The notes under the pieces were generated by a model. That model did no database searches. It was not told the DNA's origin and worked only from the letters and a program-made list of their open reading frames with translations. A stretch of 64,000 bases of DNA, taken from a bacterium (GTDB taxonomy: Bacteria; Armatimonadota; Zipacnadia; Zipacnadales; Zipacnadaceae). This document shows positions 35,458 through 43,974 of this stretch, in pieces (positions within the stretch are counted from its first letter, which is position 1; each line of letters opens with the position of its first letter). Both the position numbers and the translations under genes were made by a program. Location: NCBI GenBank assembly GCA_030603495.1, contig JAUVXR010000001.1, forward strand, positions 4,993 to 68,992. The letters are read 5' to 3'.

Positions 35458-36476
35458 TATGCCTCACCTACCAGTTCTATGGTTCTATCAACTACGCTGA
35501 CCACTTCGTCCTGTAACAGGAAGTAACAGCAGCGCACAATCCGTTCATTGAAGCCTTGAAGTGCGACATTCATCCCTTCTTGTCTCAGTTCTGGGAGTGC
35601 TCTTCTAAGAAAACGGACCCCAAGCTGCAGGGATAGGTTGAAGTTGGCGCAATCCTGGCACAGTTCTGCCGAAGTAATTCCCCTAAAACGGTCCATGAAA
35701 GCGCAGAATCTCACAGCAGGTGTTTCGCCAAAACACAGATTCGCTCGCGGCTCTTCTACCTCTTCCCGATAGAATGCCATCGGTACACAATGAATCTTCC
35801 CATCCCCCTCGACGTACAGACGGATCTTGACAACACCCTCTGGCACAAAATGGGACGGGGCCGCAATGCTCGCCGATATAGACTCGTTTGGAAACAGAGA
35901 TGTATGGAGGACCCCTTCGTGAACTTGCCTAGCGGCGTAGTGCTCCAGCGTCCCAAACTCTCTCAGAGCCTGCCAAAACCGCTCAACTTCCAAGTTATCG
36001 CAACCGAGTTGTAAAACGACATGATCGTAGTCCAGGGGAAGACATGTCTCGTGGAGCAGTTCATTGAGGTCCGCTATCAGCAGCTGATAATCTCGCCCCC
36101 GAGGAATCTTCCAATAGCTCTTAGCGTAGTGGTCTGGAAGCAAGTGCAGTGGGACGTCTTCCCGGACCGCCAGCACAGCGACTTCGACCTTGGCGCCAAC
36201 ATTCTCCAGGAATGCCTTGGCCAAAGCTATCTGTCTGCCTGTTGCTATGGCGTCGTCCAGCACGACTATTTTCTTTCCTGCAAGTCCCCACCATGGATAG
36301 TAAAGGATCTTGTCACACACAATAACCTTTTCAATGATTTGTGCCTCATCACCCACTGCGATGCGCAACAGTGCGAGGCCCTTCCGTCCCACAGCAAATA
36401 TGTGGTCAAAGTCCTTTCTCAGGACCAAATCAATGAACTGCTGTATTTCATGTTCGAGCTCGCCGAATGCCTTCAT
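35457..36476 (-). CDS. phosphoribosyltransferase (PRTase type I fold) domain protein with Cys-rich C-terminal domain (339 aa); paralog of the C-terminal half of 46734-48614
   Basis: The PRPP-binding loop is GKKIVVLDDAIATGRQIA (compare canonical VLLVDDVxTTGxT). The C-terminal domain carries C-x5-C ... C-x2-C. Aligned blocks with the 626-aa protein: FDHIFAVGRKGLALL~CDYVVAIARKGARLL, GKKIVVLDDAIATG~GKKVLLFDDTVSTG, VVKIRLYVEGDGKIHCVPMAFY~ACKIRVYVDVGGCLSIVPIIF. Its start overlaps the stop of the upstream CN-hydrolase-like gene (ATGA). Confidence 0.7.
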   Translation of the reverse strand: MKAFGELEHEIQQFIDLVLRKDFDHIFAVGRKGLALLRIAVGDEAQIIEKVIVCDKILYYPWWGLAGKKIVVLDDAIATGRQIALAKAFLENVGAKVEVAVLAVREDVPLHLLPDHYAKSYWKIPRGRDYQLLIADLNELLHETCLPLDYDHVVLQLGCDNLEVERFWQALREFGTLEHYAARQVHEGVLHTSLFPNESISASIAAPSHFVPEGVVKIRLYVEGDGKIHCVPMAFYREEVEEPRANLCFGETPAVRFCAFMDRFRGITSAELCQDCANFNLSLQLGVRFLRRALPELRQEGMNVALQGFNERIVRCCYFLLQDEVVSVVDRTIELVGEA

Positions 36477-38191
36477 TGTTTGCTCCTGATACCAACGGCC
36501 CGAACTCGCCCTATCTTGTCTGGAAACTCTTCTACAAAAACCTGCACTATTGCCTCTGTCTCCGTCAATCCAGCCTCTTTTTTCCTTGCTATCCGGGCGA
36601 TGACTTCTTCCTCAGAGCACTTCTGTAGCAATTCCCTTCGACATCGAGTCACCGACCAATCGTCTCTTTTACTCAAATCATGCTTGTCCACATACTGCCT
36701 TCGCACAGACGTGTGGTTGACTTCCCTCTGGCGTTCTTTACACCACCCTATTCTGTCTGCCAGGCTCCGGTAGTCCGCGTGTTCCGGGCCGATTTCATCC
36801 GCGATTAGTGTCAAATACTTACTGAATTCGGACAGTTTGACGTACTGAAGCTCTTCCAATGTCTCGCCTGTCAGCGTTATCGCCCATGTGCGCACAAACC
36901 TATCCCATGTCGATAGGTTCACATATTCCTCATTGGAGAATACAGAGCGCAGCCGGGACACCAGGACCTCGTTTCCAAGATATCGGGAAAAGAATGTATG
37001 AGCTTCTCGGCTGGCATACAACGCCATCCGTTCATCACTAAACCCGTGGGCCAACAGGTCGCCCAGCAAAGTCCGGTAAGTGATTTCCCTGCCGAACTTG
37101 TCCGGTATCGTCTCTGAGTCGTAGTGCACAGGAATGAGAGCCACGGGACTGGTGGGCACGGGCTTTGGGACAAGCCCAAGAGTCCGATCGAGGTTCTGTC
37201 GTTCTGGTCTCGGGTCAACGTCCACTACTAGCATACCCTCGAATCCTGGGTCGAGGGGCCCATACATAGTGCCCTGACATCTCTCGTCGGTCAGCTGCTT
37301 GGTGTCGTACCAGGCTATGAGTGTGCTGCATCCAAACTCTGCATTATTGGCGAAAACTACTGGCTTTTGCCATTTTTTGATGCTTATATCAAACATATCC
37401 CAGAATTCTTGTCCTGTCTTGACCCGCTCATCGCTGCTTGGCTTGGAGATTGGAGTTGAAGCAACCACCACGTGGAGTGGAAACTCCGGGCTCGAGTATT
37501 CGGCGCAGTCTGGCGGATGCTCATTGCACAGGAAGACAACTGTTTTGTACGCTCCTACCTGACATTTGAAGTGAAAGGGGCCCTTTCCTTTCTTCATGAC
37601 GCGGGTTTCATACTGACTAGCATCTCTCTTGCCTCTAATGGCAGTATCGCCATCTGGTAAGAAGACCGGGCATAGGTTCTGCCGACGGTACTCCTCTTCG
37701 TCAATGGCAATACCTGCCTTCTCATAAGCGCCGTTTCTGATATCCTTGGCTCTGACATAGTGGGATCCCGCTATAATAGTCATTGGAGCTGCACGTGCCT
37801 TGCTCGCCGTATCCTGAAGACATCGGGCAGGTACGGAGAGTTCTGGGAAAACTACGAGATCGCAGCGCAAAAGTTTGCTCAAATCCAACACTTCTTGTAC
37901 TCGTTCTGCAACCCAGTCTATGTGACTGTTCTCCACAACTTGTTGAGAGTCTGTCACCGCCTGTTCTACCTCTTCGTCCTGCAGGCCCCTGGCCCAGCAT
38001 GTAATCGAGGAAGTTGGGGCCTTCCGCAGATTTTCCCAGCTATCCACCTCGCGGAGGGGATCAATGTAGCTTCCGGGTTCCTCCTCCACAGGAATCCATG
38101 GGATTGACCTAAGCTGAGCAATCGCTACCCTGAGGTGGTTCTTTGATGGCTTTGCTAGTGGTTCCAAGCTTCCCGAATTCGCGTGCATCAT
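36473..38191 (-). CDS. carbon-nitrogen hydrolase (nitrilase-superfamily)-like N-terminal domain protein with large C-terminal extension (572 aa); tentative
   Basis: Begins HLRVAIAQL. A Glu motif is present in DLVVFPELSVP. A candidate Lys follows, with a candidate Cys in TVVFLCNEHPPD, in E-K-C order and spacing like nitrilase-fold enzymes. It is paralogous to 43975-45900 (VFPELSVPARC ~ ILPELAAPQEC). The C-terminal roughly 300 aa are unassigned. Confidence 0.45.
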   Translation of the reverse strand: MMHANSGSLEPLAKPSKNHLRVAIAQLRSIPWIPVEEEPGSYIDPLREVDSWENLRKAPTSSITCWARGLQDEEVEQAVTDSQQVVENSHIDWVAERVQEVLDLSKLLRCDLVVFPELSVPARCLQDTASKARAAPMTIIAGSHYVRAKDIRNGAYEKAGIAIDEEEYRRQNLCPVFLPDGDTAIRGKRDASQYETRVMKKGKGPFHFKCQVGAYKTVVFLCNEHPPDCAEYSSPEFPLHVVVASTPISKPSSDERVKTGQEFWDMFDISIKKWQKPVVFANNAEFGCSTLIAWYDTKQLTDERCQGTMYGPLDPGFEGMLVVDVDPRPERQNLDRTLGLVPKPVPTSPVALIPVHYDSETIPDKFGREITYRTLLGDLLAHGFSDERMALYASREAHTFFSRYLGNEVLVSRLRSVFSNEEYVNLSTWDRFVRTWAITLTGETLEELQYVKLSEFSKYLTLIADEIGPEHADYRSLADRIGWCKERQREVNHTSVRRQYVDKHDLSKRDDWSVTRCRRELLQKCSEEEVIARIARKKEAGLTETEAIVQVFVEEFPDKIGRVRAVGIRSKQ

Positions 38192-38265
38192 AGATGCACC
38201 CCCATATTATGGCACTGATGATTCAATCTTGGACTTTGGGAACTCCGCGTGTGAAAGTGGCTCAG

Positions 38266-38931
38266 TTATGGGTGAAAGCTGTAACCCCCGTCTTTGTGCC
38301 AGGTCTCAGGGTCCGCAAGGTAGGCCCTGATCGATTTGTGCTCCTCTTGTGTCAAGTACCCGCCACTCATGCCGAGAGTCAGGCACGTCTCCAAGTCTGA
38401 TAGTCCGTGGAGTTGCACCCCAGCCTGCTGCAAGCGTCCAAGTCCGCCCTGCTGTCTATCGAATATGACGAGGCAGTCCGTCACTGAGCACTCGGCACCC
38501 CGAATTCCTTCGATAAAGGTGATTTTGCTCCCCCCATCAGTAATCAAGTCCTCACACAGTAGAACCGTTTTCCCTGATGGCAAGTGACCCTCTATTTGCG
38601 CCCCGACTCCGTGGCCTTTGGGCTCCTTTCGGACGTACACCATAGGCTTCCCAAGCCGGTCAGCTAGCCATGCAGCATATGGGATACCGGCAGTCTCTCC
38701 CCCTGCTATGTAGTCTGCCTCGATTCCAACGTCTTCGTAGAGCCAGTGAGAACATCCAGTCACGATGCCGCGTGCCCACGGGTACGAAATCAGAACTCGG
38801 CAGTCTACATAAATTGGGCTCAGGTTGCCAGAGACAAGCCTGAAAGGCTCCTCGACTGAGACCTTGACTGCGGAAGTCTCCCACAGAAGACTTGAAATGG
38901 TGTCTCTAACCTGCTCTCTCACCGCTGTCAC
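38266..38931 (-). CDS. pyrE: orotate phosphoribosyltransferase-like (PyrE family)
   Basis: FRLVSGNLSPIYVDCRVL matches the OPRTase N-terminal hood. The PRPP loop is GKTVLLCEDLITDGGSKI followed by IFDRQQGG, closely matching E. coli PyrE (GKRVMLVDDVITAGTAI ... LDRQERG). It overlaps the upstream pyrF-like gene by 26 nt. Confidence 0.7.
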   Translation of the reverse strand: MTAVREQVRDTISSLLWETSAVKVSVEEPFRLVSGNLSPIYVDCRVLISYPWARGIVTGCSHWLYEDVGIEADYIAGGETAGIPYAAWLADRLGKPMVYVRKEPKGHGVGAQIEGHLPSGKTVLLCEDLITDGGSKITFIEGIRGAECSVTDCLVIFDRQQGGLGRLQQAGVQLHGLSDLETCLTLGMSGGYLTQEEHKSIRAYLADPETWHKDGGYSFHP

Positions 38932-39673
38932 CTTCCGTTTCGAAATGCAATGCTATTTGGCAGAATGCTCCCGCGGCTTGGGTAACGTCGGCTGCCTTGT
39001 AGATACCGGAGCCGATTATGGCATACGCGGGGTGTCCCAATGTTGCGGCAAACGCCGTCTCGATATCGCCGCCCTGTCTTCCTATTCCCGGCAACAAGAA
39101 GCGAGGTGTTTGTATGGCCCCGCCAATCAACTTGGCATATTTCTCTACTGCACCAGGCCGGTTGCCAGGGACAACGAAATGAGTGACTCCTATATCAGCC
39201 GCAACTTTATACATTCGGGCAGGGGCATCATCACTGAGGTACCCGCCGTCCTTCGACAAGTACCGAGGATGAGTCATCTCTCCGCCTACGATAGCTATCA
39301 TGCCCTGTCCGATAATAGCGCGAAGCAGCGCCTCTTCTGTTTCTGGTCCTGCCTGAGGAAATACGATCGCGGCTGCGACTCCTGCCTCCTGCCAAACGCG
39401 CGTGAACTCTTCCGCAAGTTGAGGTATATCCGTGCCGGCCTTTTGATGATCATAGAGAATTGGCAGATTGGACTGCTCCTTTATTGCTCCAACAACATTG
39501 GCAAGTCCATATGTTAGACCCAGAATAGCACCTACCTTGTACCCTACTATCCCATTGACGGTGCTTGTAGCTCCCACGAGCTTCGCGAGTTCGTCTAGGG
39601 TCTCCACGTCGCAAGCAGGAATGATTCCGTAGTCTCTCTCAAAGAGCCTTTCTTCGTTGTGTATTGCCTTCAT
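38906..39673 (-). CDS. pyrF: orotidine-5'-phosphate decarboxylase family protein (divergent PyrF-like)
   Basis: ILYDHQKAGTDIP aligns to the D-x-K-x-x-D-I-P catalytic loop but with one extra residue in each spacer. LLPGIGRQGGD matches the PGIGAQGG phosphate-binding loop. The 255-aa length is typical. Divergence from the canonical motif is noted. Confidence 0.55.
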   Translation of the reverse strand: MKAIHNEERLFERDYGIIPACDVETLDELAKLVGATSTVNGIVGYKVGAILGLTYGLANVVGAIKEQSNLPILYDHQKAGTDIPQLAEEFTRVWQEAGVAAAIVFPQAGPETEEALLRAIIGQGMIAIVGGEMTHPRYLSKDGGYLSDDAPARMYKVAADIGVTHFVVPGNRPGAVEKYAKLIGGAIQTPRFLLPGIGRQGGDIETAFAATLGHPAYAIIGSGIYKAADVTQAAGAFCQIALHFETEGDSGERAG

Positions 39674-40209
39674 TGTTTTCCTCCGCTAGACGTTTCGGGC
39701 GCCAGTGGTGTGTTTCATAATCCACTGGACGCCAAGTCCACTACATGGACCGGACGGTCGAGTCACCCCAACACGCTTGGTGCCTTTTCCCCATCCTATT
39801 CTCCGTGGCCTCCGGTGTCAATATCTCTGCTGCCGGTACAGTTCGCCGTTGCACCTCCTTTCTCCTGCTGAGAACTTGCTGCCCTCGGCCCTAGCAGACA
39901 TCCACCGGCCGCAGCTTGCCAGCGCTTCGTGATAGTGCTGGGGGTTGCACCTGTTATAGAAGCAGGCTACCACTCGTTCGAGTTTTGCGGGTGAAGTATA
40001 GATCACCAGCCCCAACTTGGCTCTAGCAGTGTGGTTAAGCTGCTCGAACCTGACTATGGAGTTGCGTCGAGAACCACCAAATACTAACATGTGACCTGGA
40101 CTCGGTTTCGCACGCAAGGTGATATGAAGGGCCCGATTTCACAAGTATTCCGCTATGCTGGTCCCTGGCTTAATCTTCACATACACCCTGTTGCCTGACA
40201 CAGCACAAC

Positions 40210-43200
40210 TCACCGCACCTCTTCCACCTGCGTGCCGCGGTCGCTGCCACCCCATGTCAATCGGTACGCTCGAAACCGTACGACGTCATCCCGGTTCAGA
40301 CACGAGAACTTGGCTCGTGCCAGATGGAACAGCTCACTCCGGCCCGTGGTCACAATTATCTGCATGCGTTCAGCAAGGACTCTCAACAAGTCCAGCAGTC
40401 CGTAAATATTGAGTTCGTCCATCGCCTGCACAGGGTCGTCCAGTATGGCGAGTCTTAGTTGTCCTTCACGAGAAAGCGCCCCCGCCAAGAATGCTGAAAG
40501 TGCGATCAGATTCTGCTGCGCCTCGTTCATATAGGCCTGCACCAGCTTGCGATCGCTAACCGACTGGGATGTGGCTCCTCGCCTGGACAAAGCCCAGAAC
40601 CGGAGGCCGCTCTCATCGACAGTCCAGCTTATGTCGTCAAATACGGGATGGCGTGCGAGTCTTCGATGAATGGTTCTCATTAGATCTCTCAGCGGCTCGA
40701 GTCCCTCTCGAACCAGCCGAGCTTGCTCGCGCTCCACAAGGCGACCGCATTCTTTACCGGCATGTTCCCACCGCTTGTTCTCGGATATCTTCGCATCTGT
40801 CTCCTCTATTCTACGCTCGAGGTTGGCCATTTGTCCGTTAAGCTCTGCAAGCTGTCGCCGTGCCGATCTGACCTCGATAAACGCCAGAGCGGCACGACCC
40901 TCACGAATCAGATCTTCAATATGAGTAAGTTCTCGGCGAAGATCGTCTACTGAGCCGGCCTCTTCCTTGTCGGCTTGGGCGGCCGTTCCTTGTAGCACTC
41001 GCAGGTCGCTTTCGATTATTGTCGCGAAGTCACGCGTTTGCTGAAGTGCAGCACGGGCCGAACTTGCGGCCTCCCGAGCTGGTGCCAGGGCCGCTAATTC
41101 GTGTTCCAGCTGCTCAACCATCTTTGCCTTCTTCTTCTCCACTTCAACGGCACGATCAGCATGAGCTTGTTCCTCAGTCTGTATCTGCTCTACTTGCTGG
41201 CCCAATTCAGCCTCATCGGCTGATGGGTGCCACGCGGCGGCCTCGAGCCGCTCTCGCGCCTGCTCCATGTCTTCCGCCAGCGGTACCCGCTGGGCCCGCA
41301 ACTCACGGAGCTCACTTTGTATGGCTTCGCGATGCTCGGTCGCTCTATGAAGGCCTTCCCCCAACTCGAATGTCTGCGCTTGGAGCCGCTGCTCCTCTAT
41401 GTGTACCAGTTCAAGGGCCTTTAGCCATTCCTTCTGCTCGCGTGCGACATCCGCCGCCGTCGTATCAGGCGGGAGATCACAACCGGCCAGGGCTTTCACC
41501 CGCTCATCCTTACGCCGAGTTAGTCTCTCGAGTTGAGACTCGAGCTCCCTCTTCCTAGTCTCGGCTACGCGTAGGGCTGCCTCGGACTTCTCAAGACGCT
41601 GTCCCGCTTCGGCAAGATTTTCCCGCGCCTCGTCCCGACGCTGAGCCAAATCGCTCTCTTCTCTCGTAGGGGCGCCAATCTGCCGGTCTATCGCTGCCAA
41701 CAGGCCCTCTCGGCTAGGCCATTTGTGCGAACACAGTGGGCACTCGTTGCTGTCAGCGCCCTCCTGAAGCTCCCGCAGAATCTGAGCCCGGCGCTCCCGA
41801 CCGGACCGTACTTCAGCAAGCGCACGCTCAAGATTCTCAAGACGTATGGCCTGGCAGTCTCTTTCTTGCCTGTTTGCCAACACTTCTTCTGTGGCTGCAT
41901 AGACAGCGTGCTCTGCACGATCGTCCTCGGTAACTGCGCCCGCGTAACGCTCTTCCCTCTGGCCGTCAGCCTCCATTAGGCTGCGAAGCTTCGACAGCTT
42001 CTCAACCCGCGAGCTTGCTTCTTCGTGACGACGCTTCGCCTCTTCGACCACCGGCCGCAATGAGAATAGGCCCTCATTTGCTTCCCCTATATTGGCGCTT
42101 AGTTCCGCGCTTCGCCCCTCAAACACACCAATCTGGTCCGACATCTCGGCAAGACGCTTGCCACGTCGCGCCACCAACGGTCTTTCCCGAAGCCACCATT
42201 CGATCGCTTCCCGCCGCTGCGTACATTGCGCGCTTCTCTCTGCAATGCTCTTCAGAGAGTTCTCCAGTACGACGAGCGCTTCACGTAGTTCGCTTTCCCT
42301 TTCCGCCGCGTTCTTGCTCCGGCACTCAGCCGCTGATAGCTTCTCGGTCTCTTTATCGATCTCAGAGCGTACTGATTCAAGCTGTTGGCGAAGTTCCTCC
42401 AAATGAATCGTTCGGTTTATGGTCTCCTGCACGCTTCGACGCTGCATGTCTAGGTGCTCGGTCACCTGCTCAACAACCGCTGCAAGAGACTGATCGTCAG
42501 TAGGCCTCTCGTCGAGAATGCCATGAATACCCGCTGGCCTATGATATTCGGTGGTGCCTCGCAAAAACTCCTCCGGTTCACCTACAGCGTCAACACCCGC
42601 GCCAGCTTTCTCTACCAACACCGCCTCCGAACGTTGTTGGTCTCTCAGGCCGGCCATCTGCTGGTCGAGCGACTCTTTTTCCTTCTGCAGGCCTGCCTCC
42701 GTCTTGGAGAGTTCCTGTACGATGGATTCCAACTTCCTTGTTGTCCGTGCCAGCCCGCGGTCCCCCAGCAGACTCGCGAAGTGAGCCAAACGCGCCTTCG
42801 GGTCCTTCGTCGAGAGCAGTTGTTTCATCTGGCCCTGTCCCAGAAACAACCGCGCGCTGCATCGCGCGCGCAGTTCAGCTTCTCGTTCGTACGTTTCAGG
42901 GGCCACACCGAGCCACTGCCGCCAAAGTGCGCGTTCATCGAGCGGCGCCTCTTCGTCGAACTGCCGGCGCCCCGCCTCTTCCTCGACACAGTGAAACATC
43001 TGGCCAGCGGCAGCACGGAGCGTAACGTCAGCCGCTTGATCCTGCATGAACAGATTCCGTAGTGGTGAGTCGGTTGTCTCCGGCATCGCCTCGGTCGCCA
43101 CCTGATCCGCGAGCTCGACCACGGCCCCGCAGATCGCCCACTCCAAGGCTTGAACGAAGCTAGTCTTTCCTGTGGCATTCTCACCGTATAGCAGTGTAAT

Positions 43201-43974
43201 GTCCGAGGACAAGTCCACCCGGACCGGACTTGCTCCATCACCTACACGGAACGACCGGAAATTGTGCAATGTGAGATCCTGCAATCGAACCCCGGACCCC
43301 GAGCGTCGGGACAGCTTCTGCCTCCGCGCATCGCCTTCACCCCCTACCAGCTCCTGGTCAAGGTCCACAGTAGACTGGATCGTCGGAGCCCTTCCGTACG
43401 CACCTCGCATAATCTCCTGTGCAATCTGGTGCACGCCAGGCCGTGTACCTGCCAAACCGTCGGCCAGCTCGGCAGGTACTCCAGCCTCGCGCAGGAGCCT
43501 CGCCACTGCTGTCTTGCTAGACTCGGCAATAGGGGCCGACTGCGCAAGGGGCACAAAGGTAAGGTCCCCGAGTTGATCTGGCCACTCGGCACCATCATAA
43601 CTCACAACCTCCTTCATGCACTCGCTTCGAGAAGTCCTGATTCTGTGAAGGAGCGCTTCGCGCATGTCCAACGGCACACTGTCGAGCGATCTGACATCGA
43701 CCAGAAAGAGTAGGTAGGCGTCTGGCCCGATACCCCCGCGCAAATGCCATTGACGCACGATCGATCCTAGCTCATGCTGCGCCTCTTGCCATCTCTTGCT
43801 CAAGCGGTCCCACGTCTCGCAACATTGGATCCCGAGCACGCCGCAAGGGAAGCTGTACACTGCCTCTAATTCGTCCGTCTCCACCGTTGACTCCCTATGC
43901 AGTTTCAGATCAAGACCGCTCAAGCGTCGCTCGACTTGCGCAAGCAAATCATCGCGATGCAACCGTACTGTCAT
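40210..43974 (-). CDS. SMC/SbcC/RecF-like ABC ATPase with long coiled coils and a roughly 230-aa N-terminal extension (1254 aa)
   Basis: Walker A is ITLLYGENATGKTSFVQALEWAICG, at about residue 250. About 800 aa of E/R/L/A/Q-rich coiled coil follow. The C-terminal D-loop/Walker B is LAILDDPVQAMDELN. Its start codon is adjacent to the stop of the upstream 641-aa gene (43974/43975). Confidence 0.75.
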   Translation of the reverse strand: MTVRLHRDDLLAQVERRLSGLDLKLHRESTVETDELEAVYSFPCGVLGIQCCETWDRLSKRWQEAQHELGSIVRQWHLRGGIGPDAYLLFLVDVRSLDSVPLDMREALLHRIRTSRSECMKEVVSYDGAEWPDQLGDLTFVPLAQSAPIAESSKTAVARLLREAGVPAELADGLAGTRPGVHQIAQEIMRGAYGRAPTIQSTVDLDQELVGGEGDARRQKLSRRSGSGVRLQDLTLHNFRSFRVGDGASPVRVDLSSDITLLYGENATGKTSFVQALEWAICGAVVELADQVATEAMPETTDSPLRNLFMQDQAADVTLRAAAGQMFHCVEEEAGRRQFDEEAPLDERALWRQWLGVAPETYEREAELRARCSARLFLGQGQMKQLLSTKDPKARLAHFASLLGDRGLARTTRKLESIVQELSKTEAGLQKEKESLDQQMAGLRDQQRSEAVLVEKAGAGVDAVGEPEEFLRGTTEYHRPAGIHGILDERPTDDQSLAAVVEQVTEHLDMQRRSVQETINRTIHLEELRQQLESVRSEIDKETEKLSAAECRSKNAAERESELREALVVLENSLKSIAERSAQCTQRREAIEWWLRERPLVARRGKRLAEMSDQIGVFEGRSAELSANIGEANEGLFSLRPVVEEAKRRHEEASSRVEKLSKLRSLMEADGQREERYAGAVTEDDRAEHAVYAATEEVLANRQERDCQAIRLENLERALAEVRSGRERRAQILRELQEGADSNECPLCSHKWPSREGLLAAIDRQIGAPTREESDLAQRRDEARENLAEAGQRLEKSEAALRVAETRKRELESQLERLTRRKDERVKALAGCDLPPDTTAADVAREQKEWLKALELVHIEEQRLQAQTFELGEGLHRATEHREAIQSELRELRAQRVPLAEDMEQARERLEAAAWHPSADEAELGQQVEQIQTEEQAHADRAVEVEKKKAKMVEQLEHELAALAPAREAASSARAALQQTRDFATIIESDLRVLQGTAAQADKEEAGSVDDLRRELTHIEDLIREGRAALAFIEVRSARRQLAELNGQMANLERRIEETDAKISENKRWEHAGKECGRLVEREQARLVREGLEPLRDLMRTIHRRLARHPVFDDISWTVDESGLRFWALSRRGATSQSVSDRKLVQAYMNEAQQNLIALSAFLAGALSREGQLRLAILDDPVQAMDELNIYGLLDLLRVLAERMQIIVTTGRSELFHLARAKFSCLNRDDVVRFRAYRLTWGGSDRGTQVEEVR

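Noticed and set aside
38266-39673. Treating the pyrE/pyrF-like genes as ordinary housekeeping genes with nothing notable
   Set aside because: Not fully rejected. Their embedding in an integrase-bounded accessory block, the operon coupling to non-pyrimidine genes and the atypical PyrF catalytic-loop spacing make the context worth flagging. This could still be the organism's core copy.
40155-43713. Plus-strand ORFs of 85-202 aa across the SMC-like gene
   Set aside because: They are antisense and low-complexity; the minus-strand frame carries Walker A and D-loop motifs and continuous coiled coil.
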